Origin: Candidatus Binataceae bacterium
GTDB lineage: Bacteria; Desulfobacterota; Binatia; Binatales; Binataceae
Assembly (NCBI GenBank): GCA_035500095.1
Contig: DATJXN010000132.1
Span: 34,371-98,370 of the forward strand
Length of the DNA: 64,000 nucleotides
Reading direction: 5' to 3'
A program made the translations under genes and the position numbers. A model generated the notes under the pieces. That model was not told where the DNA came from. It saw nothing but the letters and a program-made list of their open reading frames with translations, and made no database searches. This document shows positions 19,576-29,482 of the stretch, one piece after another (the stretch's first letter is position 1; each line of letters opens with the position of its first letter).

Positions 19576-20610
19576 ATGGCAGCATATACTGAGCTTCATA
19601 AATCGTTCCTCGAGCAGCTCGGGGAGGACTACAATCTCGGACGCATCCTGGGCGCCGTCGGGATCCCGCAAGGCTCGGTCAACAGCAACTACCTGATCGA
19701 AACCGCCAAGGGCCGCTTCACGCTGCGGGTTGACGAGGTCAAGACCGAGAGCGAGGTCAAGCGCGAAATCGACCTGCTGACCTTCCTGCGCAAGCATTCG
19801 TTTCCGTGCCCGCATCCGCTTCAGGATCGGATGGGCCGCTACTGGCGCGAATGCGAGGGCAAGTGCGCTTCGCTCTACCGCTACCACGAGGGGCGAATAG
19901 TGGCGCCCGAGCGGCTGCGCCCGAGCCAGCTCGAAACCATCGGGCGCGCACTCGGCGAGCTGCACGTCATCGGCAAGGGCTACAAGAAGGGCATCGATAA
20001 CCGTTTCAGCTTCGAGCGTATCGCCGACCTCTATCTCAGCGTGCGCGGGCGGCTGCCGAACTATTTCCGCAAGATCAGCCGCACGCTCGAGGACGAGGTC
20101 GATTATCTGACGCGCTACCTCGAGGGCAAGCTGCCCAAGGGCGTGATCCACGGCGACCTGTTCGCCGACAACGTGCTGTTCCGCGGCGAGAAGCTGACCG
20201 CGGTGCTCGACTTCGAAGCCGCCTGCCGCGGCAAATTCATCTTCGACCTGGCGACCGCGGTCAACGCGCTATGCTTCGTCGACAGCCAATATTCGCTCGA
20301 CCGCTTTCGCTACCTGCTGCACGGGTACGAGTCGGTGCGCACGCTGTCGCTGGCCGAATGGGACGCCTTCCCCAATGAGCTGCGGTACTCCTCGCTGCGC
20401 TTCACGGTGACGCGCCTGCACGACTTCTTTCTCCATCCGCTCGACAACAACCGCCGCGTGCACAAGGACTTCCGCGAATTCTTCGAGCGCCTGCGCATCC
20501 TGCGCCGCGAGCGCGAAGGCGGGATGGAGGCGTTGTTGATGGCGATGGCGACCGGGTACGATTACCGCAAGTACCAGAAGGTAAAAGCGAACGAGCGATT
20601 GAAAGCCTGA
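19576..20610 (+). CDS. thrB: homoserine kinase type II (protein-kinase fold)
   Basis: Inner ATG 19576 of ORF 19249..20610. GSVNSNYLIETAKGRFTLRV and VIHGDLFADNVLF..EKLTAVLDFEAAC motifs. Confidence 0.85.
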   Translation: MAAYTELHKSFLEQLGEDYNLGRILGAVGIPQGSVNSNYLIETAKGRFTLRVDEVKTESEVKREIDLLTFLRKHSFPCPHPLQDRMGRYWRECEGKCASLYRYHEGRIVAPERLRPSQLETIGRALGELHVIGKGYKKGIDNRFSFERIADLYLSVRGRLPNYFRKISRTLEDEVDYLTRYLEGKLPKGVIHGDLFADNVLFRGEKLTAVLDFEAACRGKFIFDLATAVNALCFVDSQYSLDRFRYLLHGYESVRTLSLAEWDAFPNELRYSSLRFTVTRLHDFFLHPLDNNRRVHKDFREFFERLRILRREREGGMEALLMAMATGYDYRKYQKVKANERLKA

Positions 20611-20725
20611 CCCGCGGCTGGCGTCGTTCCCGACCCGCGATGAGTTCGTATCCGTCGCGCCGCCGCGCCGCGCTTCAGCCGCCGCATCGCAACCTAACCC
20701 GAGCATTCACCCGAGCAGCTACCCG

Positions 20726-21628
20726 ATGTCCGCGCTCCTCAGGCGCCTCGACGCGCACAAGCCCGCGCTCTGGCTGGAGGTCGCTCCACCGCGCGGAATC
20801 GCAGTCGATTCGATGCTGACGCGGCTTGCGGCGCTCTGCGGCCACGTCGACGCGATCAACCTCGCCGACAACGCGCTTGGCCGGGTGAAGCTCGCGCCGC
20901 TCGTGTTCGGCTCGATGATCAAGTCGCGCCTCAACCTGCCGGTCGTGTTAAATTTTTCCTGCCGCGACCGTAATCGCTACGCGCTCAAGGCCGACCTGCT
21001 CGGCGCGGGCGCGCTTGGTATGGAGGGCGTGGTCGCGCTTGCGGGCGACAAGCTCGCGGACGATCCGAGCGGTGCGCGGGCGGTGCACGACCTCGAGCCC
21101 CTGAGCCTGCTGCGGGTGATGCACGATCTGAGGCGCGGGGATACCGGCGAGGGGCGCCGCCTGCTGAAAACGCTGCCGCAGTTTGCGATCGGCGCGGTCG
21201 CCAATCCCAATCGCAAAGCCATCGAGCGCGAGTTCGAGTTGCTCGGGCGCAAGGCCCAGGCCGGCGCCGAGTTCGTCATAACGCAGCCGGTCTTCGACCC
21301 GGCAGTGGCGCGCGCGTTCGTCGCGCACGCGCGCCGGCACAAGCTGCGCGTCGTGCTCGGCATCCTGCCGGTCAAGCGCGAATCGATGGCGAGCTACCTG
21401 AAGGACCGCATCCCCGACCTCGCCGGCGCCCATGAACATCTCGACCGCTACGCGGGAACGAGCGAAGCGCAAGCGCGGCGCATGTCGATCGACTCGAGCA
21501 TCGCGCTGATGCGCGCATTGGCGGACGAGGTCACAGGCTTTAACATAATGAGTGGCGGCGGACCTTCGCTCGCGATCGAGCTTGCGCTCGAGTTCAGCCG
21601 CTTGCTGGAGGATTCCGGTGCGCGCTAG
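20726..21628 (+). CDS. metF: methylenetetrahydrofolate reductase family protein
   Basis: 300 aa with an MTHFR-like TIM-barrel pattern ([33 protein letters not shown]). Confidence 0.8.
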   Translation: MSALLRRLDAHKPALWLEVAPPRGIAVDSMLTRLAALCGHVDAINLADNALGRVKLAPLVFGSMIKSRLNLPVVLNFSCRDRNRYALKADLLGAGALGMEGVVALAGDKLADDPSGARAVHDLEPLSLLRVMHDLRRGDTGEGRRLLKTLPQFAIGAVANPNRKAIEREFELLGRKAQAGAEFVITQPVFDPAVARAFVAHARRHKLRVVLGILPVKRESMASYLKDRIPDLAGAHEHLDRYAGTSEAQARRMSIDSSIALMRALADEVTGFNIMSGGGPSLAIELALEFSRLLEDSGAR

Positions 21629-22259
21629 AAAAATCAGACTCGAGGCCGCGCGTCGCTCGCCGCGGGACCAAGCCGCGAGGGCGCCGGAGGGGAACTCAGG
21701 CGCCGCCGCGGTCGAGGATGCGGTGCGGCTCGTCCTGCGCCACGTTGGCGAGGATCCCGGGCGCGAAGGGCTCAGACTTACGCCGGGCCGCGTGCGGCAT
21801 GCACTCGAATTTCTCACCCGCGGCTACAGAGAAGATCCCAAGGTTGCGATCAACGGCGCGGTCTTCTCGGAGGAAGAGTACCAGGAGATCATCCTGTGCA
21901 AGGACCTCGACTTCTACTCCTTGTGCGAACATCACCTGCTGCCCTTTTTCGGCAAGGCGCATCTGGCATACCTGCCCAACCGCCGCATTATCGGGCTTTC
22001 CAAGCTGGCCCGGTTGGTCGAGATCTACGCGCGCCGCTTGCAGGTCCAGGAGCGGCTGACCACGCAGATCGCGCACACCCTGATGGAAGAGCTGGAGCCG
22101 CTGGGCGTCGCCGTGGTGCTCGAGGCCGAGCATCTGTGCATGCGGATGCGCGGGGTCGAGAAGCAGAATTCCTACGTCACCACTTCCGCGATGCTGGGAG
22201 TGTTCCGCACCCATTTCGAGACCCGGCAGGAGTTCATGAACCTGCTCCGCAAGCAGTAA
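21618..22259 (+). CDS. folE: GTP cyclohydrolase I
   Basis: [13 protein letters not shown]...[17 protein letters not shown]....IGLSK..R.V....[10 protein letters not shown] signature. Start set at GTG 21618, overlapping the metF end; the exact start is uncertain. Confidence 0.9.
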   Translation: MRARKIRLEAARRSPRDQAARAPEGNSGAAAVEDAVRLVLRHVGEDPGREGLRLTPGRVRHALEFLTRGYREDPKVAINGAVFSEEEYQEIILCKDLDFYSLCEHHLLPFFGKAHLAYLPNRRIIGLSKLARLVEIYARRLQVQERLTTQIAHTLMEELEPLGVAVVLEAEHLCMRMRGVEKQNSYVTTSAMLGVFRTHFETRQEFMNLLRKQ

Positions 22260-22264
22260 CGGCC

Positions 22265-22308
22265 GCGTGGGAAGAGCGTGGGAAGAGCGTGGGAAGAGCG
22301 CGGGAAAG
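22265..22308. repeat. 11-bp tandem repeat gcgtgggaaga x3 plus one degenerate copy
   Basis: Read directly in the folE-rpiA spacer: gcgtgggaaga gcgtgggaaga gcgtgggaaga gcgcgggaaag. Confidence 0.9.
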
Positions 22309-22327
22309 GCGTCCAAGCGGCGAAGCG

Positions 22328-23017
22328 ATGACCGTACCCGCCTCGCCTGACCTGCTCGATAAACTGGGCGCGTATGCGCTCCGCTACGTAAAACCCGGCC
22401 AGAGTATCGGGCTTGGCACCGGGCGCGCCGCTTCGGCCTTCATCCGCGCTCTCGGCGCGCGCCGTATCAAGGTGCGCGGCGTGCCGACCTCTGACGCCAG
22501 CGCGGAGCTTGCACGTTCGCTCGGAATCGAGGTCGTCGGGCTCGACGGCAAGGCGCGGCTGGACGTCGATATCGACGGCGCCGACGAAGTCGATTCGCGC
22601 CTCAACATGGTCAAGGGTTACGGCGGCGCGATGGTGCGCGAGAAGGTTGTCGCCTGCGCTTCGCGCAAAGTGGTGATTCTGGTCGGCGAAGAAAAGCGCG
22701 TCGCCCATCTCGGCCAGCGCCGCCGCCTGCCCGTGGAGGTCGTGCCCTTCGGCGCGTCCTACGCGATGCGCCGGATGCGCGAGCTGGGGCTCAAGCCGAC
22801 GGTGCGGATCGGCGAGGGCGGCGGCGAATTTCTGAGCGACAACGGCAACCTGGTTATCGACTGCGGCGCCAGCATTTTTGAAGCACCCGTGCGCCTCGAG
22901 CGCGACTTGCTCGCGATTCCCGGCGTGGTCGGCACCGGTCTCTTCCTCGGGATCGCCGACACCGTGCTGGTCGCCAACCGCAACGGCTCGATCGTCACGC
23001 TCGAGCGCCGCCGCTGA
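22328..23017 (+). CDS. rpiA: ribose-5-phosphate isomerase A
   Basis: Inner ATG 22328 of ORF 21896..23017. GLGTGRAAS, DGADEVD and KGYGGAMVREK RpiA motifs. Confidence 0.92.
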   Translation: MTVPASPDLLDKLGAYALRYVKPGQSIGLGTGRAASAFIRALGARRIKVRGVPTSDASAELARSLGIEVVGLDGKARLDVDIDGADEVDSRLNMVKGYGGAMVREKVVACASRKVVILVGEEKRVAHLGQRRRLPVEVVPFGASYAMRRMRELGLKPTVRIGEGGGEFLSDNGNLVIDCGASIFEAPVRLERDLLAIPGVVGTGLFLGIADTVLVANRNGSIVTLERRR

Positions 23018-23034
23018 AGCGGCGCGCGAATCGG

Positions 23035-24411
23035 ATGGCCGCGGATTCGACAGGCGCCGCCACTTCGGCCGCCCGGCGCGATTTGACACGTATCTACGCT
23101 GCCGCCGTTTCGGCGGTTGCGCCGACTCACCTAATTCCCCGCGCGCTCGCCGGCGAGGTTGCGGGCGGGGCCAAGGTTCCGGCCCTGCTCGCCGATGCGT
23201 CGCGGATTTTTCTGCTGGCGGCGGGCAAGGCCGCGATGGGGATGGCGGCCGAACTGGCGGCGCGCCTTGGCCCAAGGCTTCACGACGCGCTTGCGATAGT
23301 TCCCGCTCCGGCGCCCGAAGGCGAATCCGTCTCCAATCTCGCGCCCTTTACTGCTCGCCGCGCCATACGGATCCTCGCGGCGGCTCATCCGCTGCCGGAT
23401 GCCTCATCGGAACGCGCCGCCGCCGCCGCGCTCGAATTCGCCCGCCAGGCCGGTCGCGGCGACCTGCTGCTTTTTGCACTGAGCGGCGGCGCGTCGGCGC
23501 TGATGGCCGCACCCGCCCAGCCGGTGACGCGCGCGGACAAAATAGCGATCAACGCCGCACTCCTCGGCTCGGGTGCGTCCATCCGCGAACTCAATATCGT
23601 GCGGCGCCATCTATCGGCGATTAAGGGCGGAGGATTGCTGCGCGCATGCGGCGGCGCTCGCGTATTGAGCTTCATCCTATCAGACGTTGCGCATAACGAT
23701 CTGGCGACGATCGGTTCGGGGCCAACCGCCGCCGACCCGACAACTTTCGCCGAGGCAGTCGGCGTGCTCAAACGCCGTGGGCTGTGGGGCCACGCGCCCG
23801 AAGCGATCCGCGACCGCCTCGAGCGCGGCGCTGCCGGAGAGATCGCGGAGACAGTAAAACCAGGAGATCCGCTGCTCGAGCGCGTCGACAACCTGGTCAT
23901 CGGCGACAATGCGTTGGCGCTTGAGTCCGCTGCCGATGCCGCCGCGGCGGCCGGCTACGTGGTCGATCGATGGCGCGAGCTTTATGGCGAGGCGGACGAC
24001 CTGGGCCGCGCGCTGGCCGCGCATCTCTCGGCGATCGCCGCCGGCGCGGGTGCGCGCACATGCGTGATTGCGGGCGGCGAGCCCGTCGTTACGATACGCG
24101 GGCGGGGCAAGGGAGGGCGCGAGCAGCAGGCGGCGCTGGCGACGGCGCTCGAGCTGGAGCGGCTCGGCGGTGCGGGGCGGATTGCCGCGCTGTTCGCGGG
24201 AACCGACGGAATCGACGGCTCCACCGACGCGGCCGGCGCATTCTCTTCGCCGCGCACACCGGCCCGCGCGCGCGAGGCGGGCTTCGATCCGGGCGCGGCG
24301 CTTAAGCGCAACGACGCTTACCCGCTGTTCGCCGCGCTCGGGGATCTTTTCATTACGGGGCCGACGGGCACCAACGTCTCCGATATATTCATCGGGTTGG
24401 TCAACTACTGA
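23035..24411 (+). CDS. glycerate 2-kinase / hydroxypyruvate reductase-like (DUF4147 + MOFRL)
   Basis: IAGGEPVVTIRGRGKGGREQQAALA...FAGTDGIDGSTDAAGAF is the MOFRL-family signature. Confidence 0.85.
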   Translation: MAADSTGAATSAARRDLTRIYAAAVSAVAPTHLIPRALAGEVAGGAKVPALLADASRIFLLAAGKAAMGMAAELAARLGPRLHDALAIVPAPAPEGESVSNLAPFTARRAIRILAAAHPLPDASSERAAAAALEFARQAGRGDLLLFALSGGASALMAAPAQPVTRADKIAINAALLGSGASIRELNIVRRHLSAIKGGGLLRACGGARVLSFILSDVAHNDLATIGSGPTAADPTTFAEAVGVLKRRGLWGHAPEAIRDRLERGAAGEIAETVKPGDPLLERVDNLVIGDNALALESAADAAAAAGYVVDRWRELYGEADDLGRALAAHLSAIAAGAGARTCVIAGGEPVVTIRGRGKGGREQQAALATALELERLGGAGRIAALFAGTDGIDGSTDAAGAFSSPRTPARAREAGFDPGAALKRNDAYPLFAALGDLFITGPTGTNVSDIFIGLVNY

Positions 24412-24472
24412 ACCGCGGCGGCCCGGTTCGTGACGTTCTGTTTCGGTCGATATCGAGGACAGAAGAAGCAGG

Positions 24473-25594
24473 ATGGCGAGGTCGATGGTGAAGAAGGCCG
24501 GTAGGGCGGGCGGCAATCATGCGCGTCGCACGAATGTGAACGGGACCAGGAGAGAGAGCCATGGGCCGCGCGGCGCGCGCGGAAAGGCTGGGGGCCCGCC
24601 GCGGGTGACGCTCATCCCCGGCGACGGAATCGGGCCCGAGGTTATTGGCGCTGCGGTCAAGGTGATTGCGGCCGCCGGGGTCAAAATCGATTGGGATCAG
24701 CAGCTGGCGGGTGCGACCGCGCTCAGGAGATTCGGCTCGCCGGTGCCCGACGCGCTTATCGATTCGCTCAAGTCCACCAAGGTTGCGCTCAAGGGGCCGC
24801 TCGAGACACGCGTGGGCGAGGGTTACCGTTCGATCAATGTCTATTTGCGCAAACTCTTCGATCTTTACGCCAACGTGCGTCCGGTGCGCACGCAAGCCGG
24901 CGTGCATACGCCCTTTCGCGGCGTCAACATAATCGTGATCCGCGAGAATACCGAGGACCTCTATGCGGGTATCGAGCATCAGGTTGCGCCCGGCGTGGTA
25001 GAAAGCGTCAAGATCATCACCGCGCGCGCCTCGACCCGGATCGCGCGTTTCGCCTTCGATTACGCGCGCACCAACCATCGCCGCATGGTGACCGCCATTC
25101 ACAAGGCGAACATCATGAAGCTCTCCGACGGGCTCTTTCTGAAGTGCGCGCAGCGCGTGGCTCGCGACTACCCCGACATCGAGTACCGCGAGCAGATCGT
25201 CGATGCCGCCTGCATGCGGCTCGTGACCGATCCGATGGCCTTCGACGTGCTGTTGCTCGAAAACCTTTACGGCGACATCGTCTCCGACCTCTGCGCCGGA
25301 CTGGTCGGCGGACTGGGCTTCGTCCCCGGCGGCAACTACGGCAAGCATGGGGCGATTTTTGAGACCGTCCACGGGACCGCGCCCGATATCGCCGGCAAGG
25401 GCATCGCCAACCCGGTGGCGGCGATTAAGACCGGCACACTGCTGCTCGACTATCTCGGCTACGGCGCCGACGCCGACCGAATTCGCGAGGCGGTGAGCAC
25501 GGTCCTGCGCGCCGGACGGGTGGTGACGCCCGATATCGGCGGCAAGGCGAAGACCGCGGATATGACAGCAGCGGTGATTCGCGCGCTCAAATAG
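24473..25594 (+). CDS. NAD-dependent isocitrate dehydrogenase (isocitrate/isopropylmalate dehydrogenase family)
   Basis: VTLIPGDGIGPEV, SINVYLRKLFDLYANVRPV and NLYGDIVSDL motifs. The conserved N-terminus begins at in-frame GTG 24605, so the true start may be there rather than ATG 24473. Confidence 0.88.
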   Translation: MARSMVKKAGRAGGNHARRTNVNGTRRESHGPRGARGKAGGPPRVTLIPGDGIGPEVIGAAVKVIAAAGVKIDWDQQLAGATALRRFGSPVPDALIDSLKSTKVALKGPLETRVGEGYRSINVYLRKLFDLYANVRPVRTQAGVHTPFRGVNIIVIRENTEDLYAGIEHQVAPGVVESVKIITARASTRIARFAFDYARTNHRRMVTAIHKANIMKLSDGLFLKCAQRVARDYPDIEYREQIVDAACMRLVTDPMAFDVLLLENLYGDIVSDLCAGLVGGLGFVPGGNYGKHGAIFETVHGTAPDIAGKGIANPVAAIKTGTLLLDYLGYGADADRIREAVSTVLRAGRVVTPDIGGKAKTADMTAAVIRALK

Positions 25595-25634
25595 CGCCGG
25601 CCGCTCTTTTCCACGCGATCGCGCTTGGCTATGT

Positions 25635-26249
25635 ATGTCCGTTATGCGTAAGCCGCCGCTGCCCGACGACGTCGCCGCACGCGTTCCTCCCGGCCAGCAC
25701 CTGGTCGAGGATTTTCCCGTCCTGAGCTACGGTCCGACGCCGCGTTTCAATGCGCAAAAGTGGGATTTCCGAGTCTTCGGCATGGTCGAGGAGCAGTTGC
25801 GTTTTTCCTACGAGGAATTCCGCGCGCTGCCGCCCGGGCGCGTGCGCGCCGACTTTCATTGCGTCACCACCTGGTCGAGGCTCGACAATCTATGGGAGGG
25901 CGTACTGGTGTCCGACCTGATGGCGCGGGTGCGGCTCAAGCCTGAGGCGCACCACGTTATCGTGCATTGCGACGGCGGCTACACGACCAATCTGCCGCTT
26001 GAAGAATTCGTCGGCGCGGACGTGATACTGGCCTGGCGGCACGACGGGCGCAACCTCGATCCCGATCACGGATGGCCGCTGCGGCTGGTGGTGCCCAAGC
26101 TCTACGGCTGGAAGAGTGCGAAATGGGTGCGCGCAATCGAATTCGCGTTCGAGGACCGGCGTGGCTTCTGGGAGGTGCGCGGCTACCACAATCACGCCGA
26201 TCCGTGGACGCAGGAGCGCTATTCGTTCCAGGAAGATCCCGAAGATTGA
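25635..26249 (+). CDS. sulfite-oxidase-like molybdopterin-binding oxidoreductase
   Basis: FHCVTTWS..D..W.GV, GGYTTNLPLEE, DHGWPLRLVVP.LYGWKSAKW and GYH...DPW patterns of the oxidoreductase molybdopterin-binding domain. Confidence 0.85.
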   Translation: MSVMRKPPLPDDVAARVPPGQHLVEDFPVLSYGPTPRFNAQKWDFRVFGMVEEQLRFSYEEFRALPPGRVRADFHCVTTWSRLDNLWEGVLVSDLMARVRLKPEAHHVIVHCDGGYTTNLPLEEFVGADVILAWRHDGRNLDPDHGWPLRLVVPKLYGWKSAKWVRAIEFAFEDRRGFWEVRGYHNHADPWTQERYSFQEDPED

Positions 26250-26390
26250 ATATCGGGCGGCAAGATTAGCCAGGCGCGGACATCGCCGCTGATTCGGGAC
26301 GAGCAGATCGCGCGCCTGGCGCGCGAGAGCTTCGATCTCGCGATCATCGGCGGAGGAATCAACGGCGCGGCGATCGCGCGCGACGCCGCG

Positions 26391-27926
26391 ATGCGCGGGT
26401 TCAGCGTAGCCCTGATCGAACGCGGCGACTTTGCCGGCGCGACCTCTTCGCGCTCGTCCAAACTCATTCACGGCGGACTCCGCTACCTGCCGCAGGGCGA
26501 ACTTCGCCTGGTGCGTACGGCGCTGGTTGAGCGCGAACGTCTGCGCCGGCTGACCGCGCCGCATCTGGTGAAGCCGCTCAAGTTTCTGTTCCCGCTCTAT
26601 CGCGGCCGGAGCCCCGGCCGGCTCGCCCTGGGCGCGGGCTTGTGGCTCTACGACTTGTTCGCGCGCACGCCGCGCGCGGAGCGCCATCAGAGCCTCGGCA
26701 GCGCCGGCGTGCTCGCGGCCGAGCCGATGCTCAATCCCGCAGCGCTCAAGGGCGGCGCGTTGTACTACGACGCAGCCGGCGACGACGCGCGCCTTACGAT
26801 CGAAAATGCGCTCGACGCGGCTTACAACGGCGGTGCGATCGCCAACTATGTCGAGCTCGATTCCTTCGCGCACGCAGAAGGCCAGATCGCCGCGGCCCGG
26901 ATACGCGACCGCCTGGGCGGCGTGCCTTTCGAGTTGCGCGCGCGGATGTTCGTCAACGCGGCGGGCCCGTGGGTGGACGACGTGCGCACGCTCGACGATC
27001 CCGCGGCTCCGCCCGCGGTGCGCCTGACCAAAGGCGTGCATCTCGTGTTCGGCCGCGAGCGCCTGCCCGTGCGCGAAGCGTTGGTGCTAGGCGATGCCCA
27101 TAACAGAATCGTCTTCGTCATACCGCACGGTGAGGAGGTGCTCGTGGGCACCACCGACACCGACTTCAACGGCGACCGCGAGCACCTCGCCGCCGAACCC
27201 CAGGATATCGGTTACCTGCTTGACGTGGTTTCGGAAAGCCTGCCCGGAGCGAAGCTCGGCGCGGCCGACGTCGCCGCGAGCTTCGCCGGCCTGCGCGTGC
27301 TGGCGGCGACGGGAGGAGGGCGCGCGCCGTCGTCCGTGTCGCGTGAGGAGATTATCGTCGAGAGCAGCTCGGGACTCCTTTCGGTCGCGGGCGGAAAACT
27401 GACCACCCATCGCGAGATCGCCCAAAGAATCGTGGACCGCGCCGCCTCGGTCCTCGGCCGCGCGGGCGGACGTTGCCCTACGCTCGACGCGCCGCTTCCC
27501 GGCGCGCGGCCGGTGGCGATCGCAGGCGCGGGCGGCGCGGCGCAAGCGCTCGCCGCGATGCTCGCGGATTTGCGCGAAGCGATGGCCGCGCGCTACGGAA
27601 CGCGCGCGATCATCCCAGCGAGCCTGGTCCGCGAATCGCCGGAGCTTGCGCGTCCGCTGGCCGCCGGATGCCCAGTCGCCGCGGCGGAGGTAATCTATGC
27701 GGTGCGCTACGAGATGGCGCTTTCGGTCGCCGATTTCATCCAGCGCCGCGTCGCGCTCTCATGGCGCCATCCGCGATACGCCGGTGCGGCGGCCGCCGCG
27801 GCCGCGCGTCTGATGGCGGCGGAACTGGGATGGGACCCGGCGCGCGAGCAAGCCGAAATCGAGGCGTGCAATCCCGTGCCGCCTGAAATGCGCAGCGCTT
27901 GTGCTGCGGTATCGTCAAGGGAGTAA
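26391..27926 (+). CDS. glpD: FAD-dependent glycerol-3-phosphate dehydrogenase
   Basis: SSRSSKLIHGGLRYL and the downstream GlpD pattern. Coordinates run from the first ATG, but the homologous reading frame, including the FDLAIIGGGINGAAIARDAA Rossmann motif, continues upstream to 26250 with no ATG/GTG/TTG (see findings). Confidence 0.85.
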   Translation: MRGFSVALIERGDFAGATSSRSSKLIHGGLRYLPQGELRLVRTALVERERLRRLTAPHLVKPLKFLFPLYRGRSPGRLALGAGLWLYDLFARTPRAERHQSLGSAGVLAAEPMLNPAALKGGALYYDAAGDDARLTIENALDAAYNGGAIANYVELDSFAHAEGQIAAARIRDRLGGVPFELRARMFVNAAGPWVDDVRTLDDPAAPPAVRLTKGVHLVFGRERLPVREALVLGDAHNRIVFVIPHGEEVLVGTTDTDFNGDREHLAAEPQDIGYLLDVVSESLPGAKLGAADVAASFAGLRVLAATGGGRAPSSVSREEIIVESSSGLLSVAGGKLTTHREIAQRIVDRAASVLGRAGGRCPTLDAPLPGARPVAIAGAGGAAQALAAMLADLREAMAARYGTRAIIPASLVRESPELARPLAAGCPVAAAEVIYAVRYEMALSVADFIQRRVALSWRHPRYAGAAAAAAARLMAAELGWDPAREQAEIEACNPVPPEMRSACAAVSSRE

Positions 27927-27940
27927 AGGATCGCAGCCCG

Positions 27941-28621
27941 ATGACGCGCGAGCCGCGCAAGAGTCTGATTGAACGCACAAAGCGGATCGCCGCCGCGCTC
28001 GCCCGGCTCTATCCCGAAGCTCGCATCAGTCTCGACTTTACGACTCCGTGGGAGTGCCTGGTTGCGACAATTCTCTCCGCGCAATGCACCGACAGGCGCG
28101 TAAATCAGGTAACGCCACGGCTCTTCGCCGAGATTCCCGACGTGCGCGCGATGGACGCCGCGCCGGCCGCCCGAATCGAGCGTCTGATCCTCGACACCGG
28201 CTTCTTTCGCCAGAAGACGCGCTCGCTCAAGGGCGCGGCACGCGCGATCCTCGGGCGCTTCGGCGGTGAAGTCCCATCGCGGATGGAAGACCTCGTCACG
28301 CTTCCCGGCGTCGGCCGCAAGACCGCCAACGTACTGCTGGGCCACGTCTTCGGAGAGCCGGGCCTGGTGGTCGATACCCACGTGCGGCGGGTTGCCCACC
28401 GCCTGAGGCTGACCGGCGAGTCGAATCCCGAAAAGATCGAGCGTGATTTGCAGGCGCTCCTGAAACCGGTCGAATGGACAGCGTTCTCGATGCGTCTGAT
28501 ATTGCATGGACGAACGGTTTGTTTCGCCCGCAAGCCGCGATGCGACGAATGCGTGCTGGGGGCGGACTGTCCGCGGGTCGGAGTCACGGAGAAATCGCGG
28601 GCGCGGACTGGCACAAGGTAA
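27941..28621 (+). CDS. nth: endonuclease III
   Basis: Inner ATG 27941 preceded by aaagga. HhH motif LPGVGRKTANVLL, catalytic D, and the C-x6-C-x2-C-x5-C iron-sulfur cluster CFARKPRCDECVLGADC. Confidence 0.92.
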   Translation: MTREPRKSLIERTKRIAAALARLYPEARISLDFTTPWECLVATILSAQCTDRRVNQVTPRLFAEIPDVRAMDAAPAARIERLILDTGFFRQKTRSLKGAARAILGRFGGEVPSRMEDLVTLPGVGRKTANVLLGHVFGEPGLVVDTHVRRVAHRLRLTGESNPEKIERDLQALLKPVEWTAFSMRLILHGRTVCFARKPRCDECVLGADCPRVGVTEKSRARTGTR

Positions 28622-28678
28622 TCTCGGGGATGTTGCGGACGAAAACCATGTTTGACCTCGCGCGGCGACGTGTAATAA

Positions 28679-29245
28679 TTGCTGCACACTCAAAAGCGTG
28701 ATCTGACCGTGATACTGAGGATCGACGAAATAACCGCCGAGGCCAGAGAGGTCTCTTTTCTCCAGTCCGAGGAGGAGGTTAACCGCCGCCTTCGCCAGGG
28801 CCCGGTAGATGAGTTCCGGGTTGGCGGCGCGATCGCGGTCGATTTGTCATACTATCGGGCTGGTATGGAGCTGTTTTTCGAAGGCCGGCTGAACGCTCCG
28901 ATGGTCGCCTCGTGCGCGCGCTGCACCGAGGAGTTCAGCGCCTCGAGCGTGCGTCCATTTCGCTTCGTGCTGGCGCCGCGCGCCGCGGGCGACGACGATG
29001 ACGGCCGTCTGCGCTCGGAAGACCTGGAATTTTCACTATATGACGGCGATCAAATCGATCTCGCGCCGCTCATCGCCGAACAACTGATCCTCGCCCTGCC
29101 GAGCCGCGCGCTTTGCCGCGAGGATTGCCGGGGTCTTTGTCCAATTTGCGGAACCAATCTCAACTTTAATCTTTGCGGCTGCGAACAGCAGGCCCACGAC
29201 CCGCGCCTGGCGGTTCTGCGAACGCTGAAGCTCGAGCGCTCCTGA
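28679..29245 (+). CDS. yceD: YceD/DUF177 family protein
   Basis: The C-terminal CREDCRGLCPICGTNLN...CGC pattern and position immediately upstream of rpmF. TTG 28679 or GTG 28709 as start. Confidence 0.8.
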   Translation: MLHTQKRDLTVILRIDEITAEAREVSFLQSEEEVNRRLRQGPVDEFRVGGAIAVDLSYYRAGMELFFEGRLNAPMVASCARCTEEFSASSVRPFRFVLAPRAAGDDDDGRLRSEDLEFSLYDGDQIDLAPLIAEQLILALPSRALCREDCRGLCPICGTNLNFNLCGCEQQAHDPRLAVLRTLKLERS

Positions 29246-29284
29246 AGCCGCTCAAATCATCTTCAAACAGAAGAGAGTAATGCC

Positions 29285-29464
29285 ATGCAAGCACCCAAGC
29301 GTCGTACCTCCCGTTCCAAGCGCAACAAGCGCCGCGCGCATGACGCGCTGCGCCCGGTCAATCCGGTCGCCTGCGCGCAGTGCGGCGAACCCACGATGCC
29401 GCATCGCGTGTGCCATCACTGCGGCTCCTACCGTGGACGGCAGCTCGCAGAGACCGCCGAATAG
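29285..29464 (+). CDS. rpmF: 50S ribosomal protein L32
   Basis: Own translation: [54 protein letters not shown]... (59 aa). Too short for the ORF track; the listed 29280..29486 ORF is a different frame. Confidence 0.93.
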   Translation: MQAPKRRTSRSKRNKRRAHDALRPVNPVACAQCGEPTMPHRVCHHCGSYRGRQLAETAE

Positions 29465-29482
29465 GCGGCGCGGGAGCGGCGC

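Noticed and set aside
26247-26300. TGA 26247 as a selenocysteine codon fusing the oxidoreductase to GlpD
   Set aside because: I could only draw a 5-bp gcggc/gccgc stem with a large loop downstream, not a convincing bacterial SECIS. The upstream protein also ends at its normal family C-terminus. This remains a minor alternative under the glpD finding.
25890-27041. 383-aa minus-strand ORF
   Set aside because: It is antisense to the Moco oxidoreductase and glpD.
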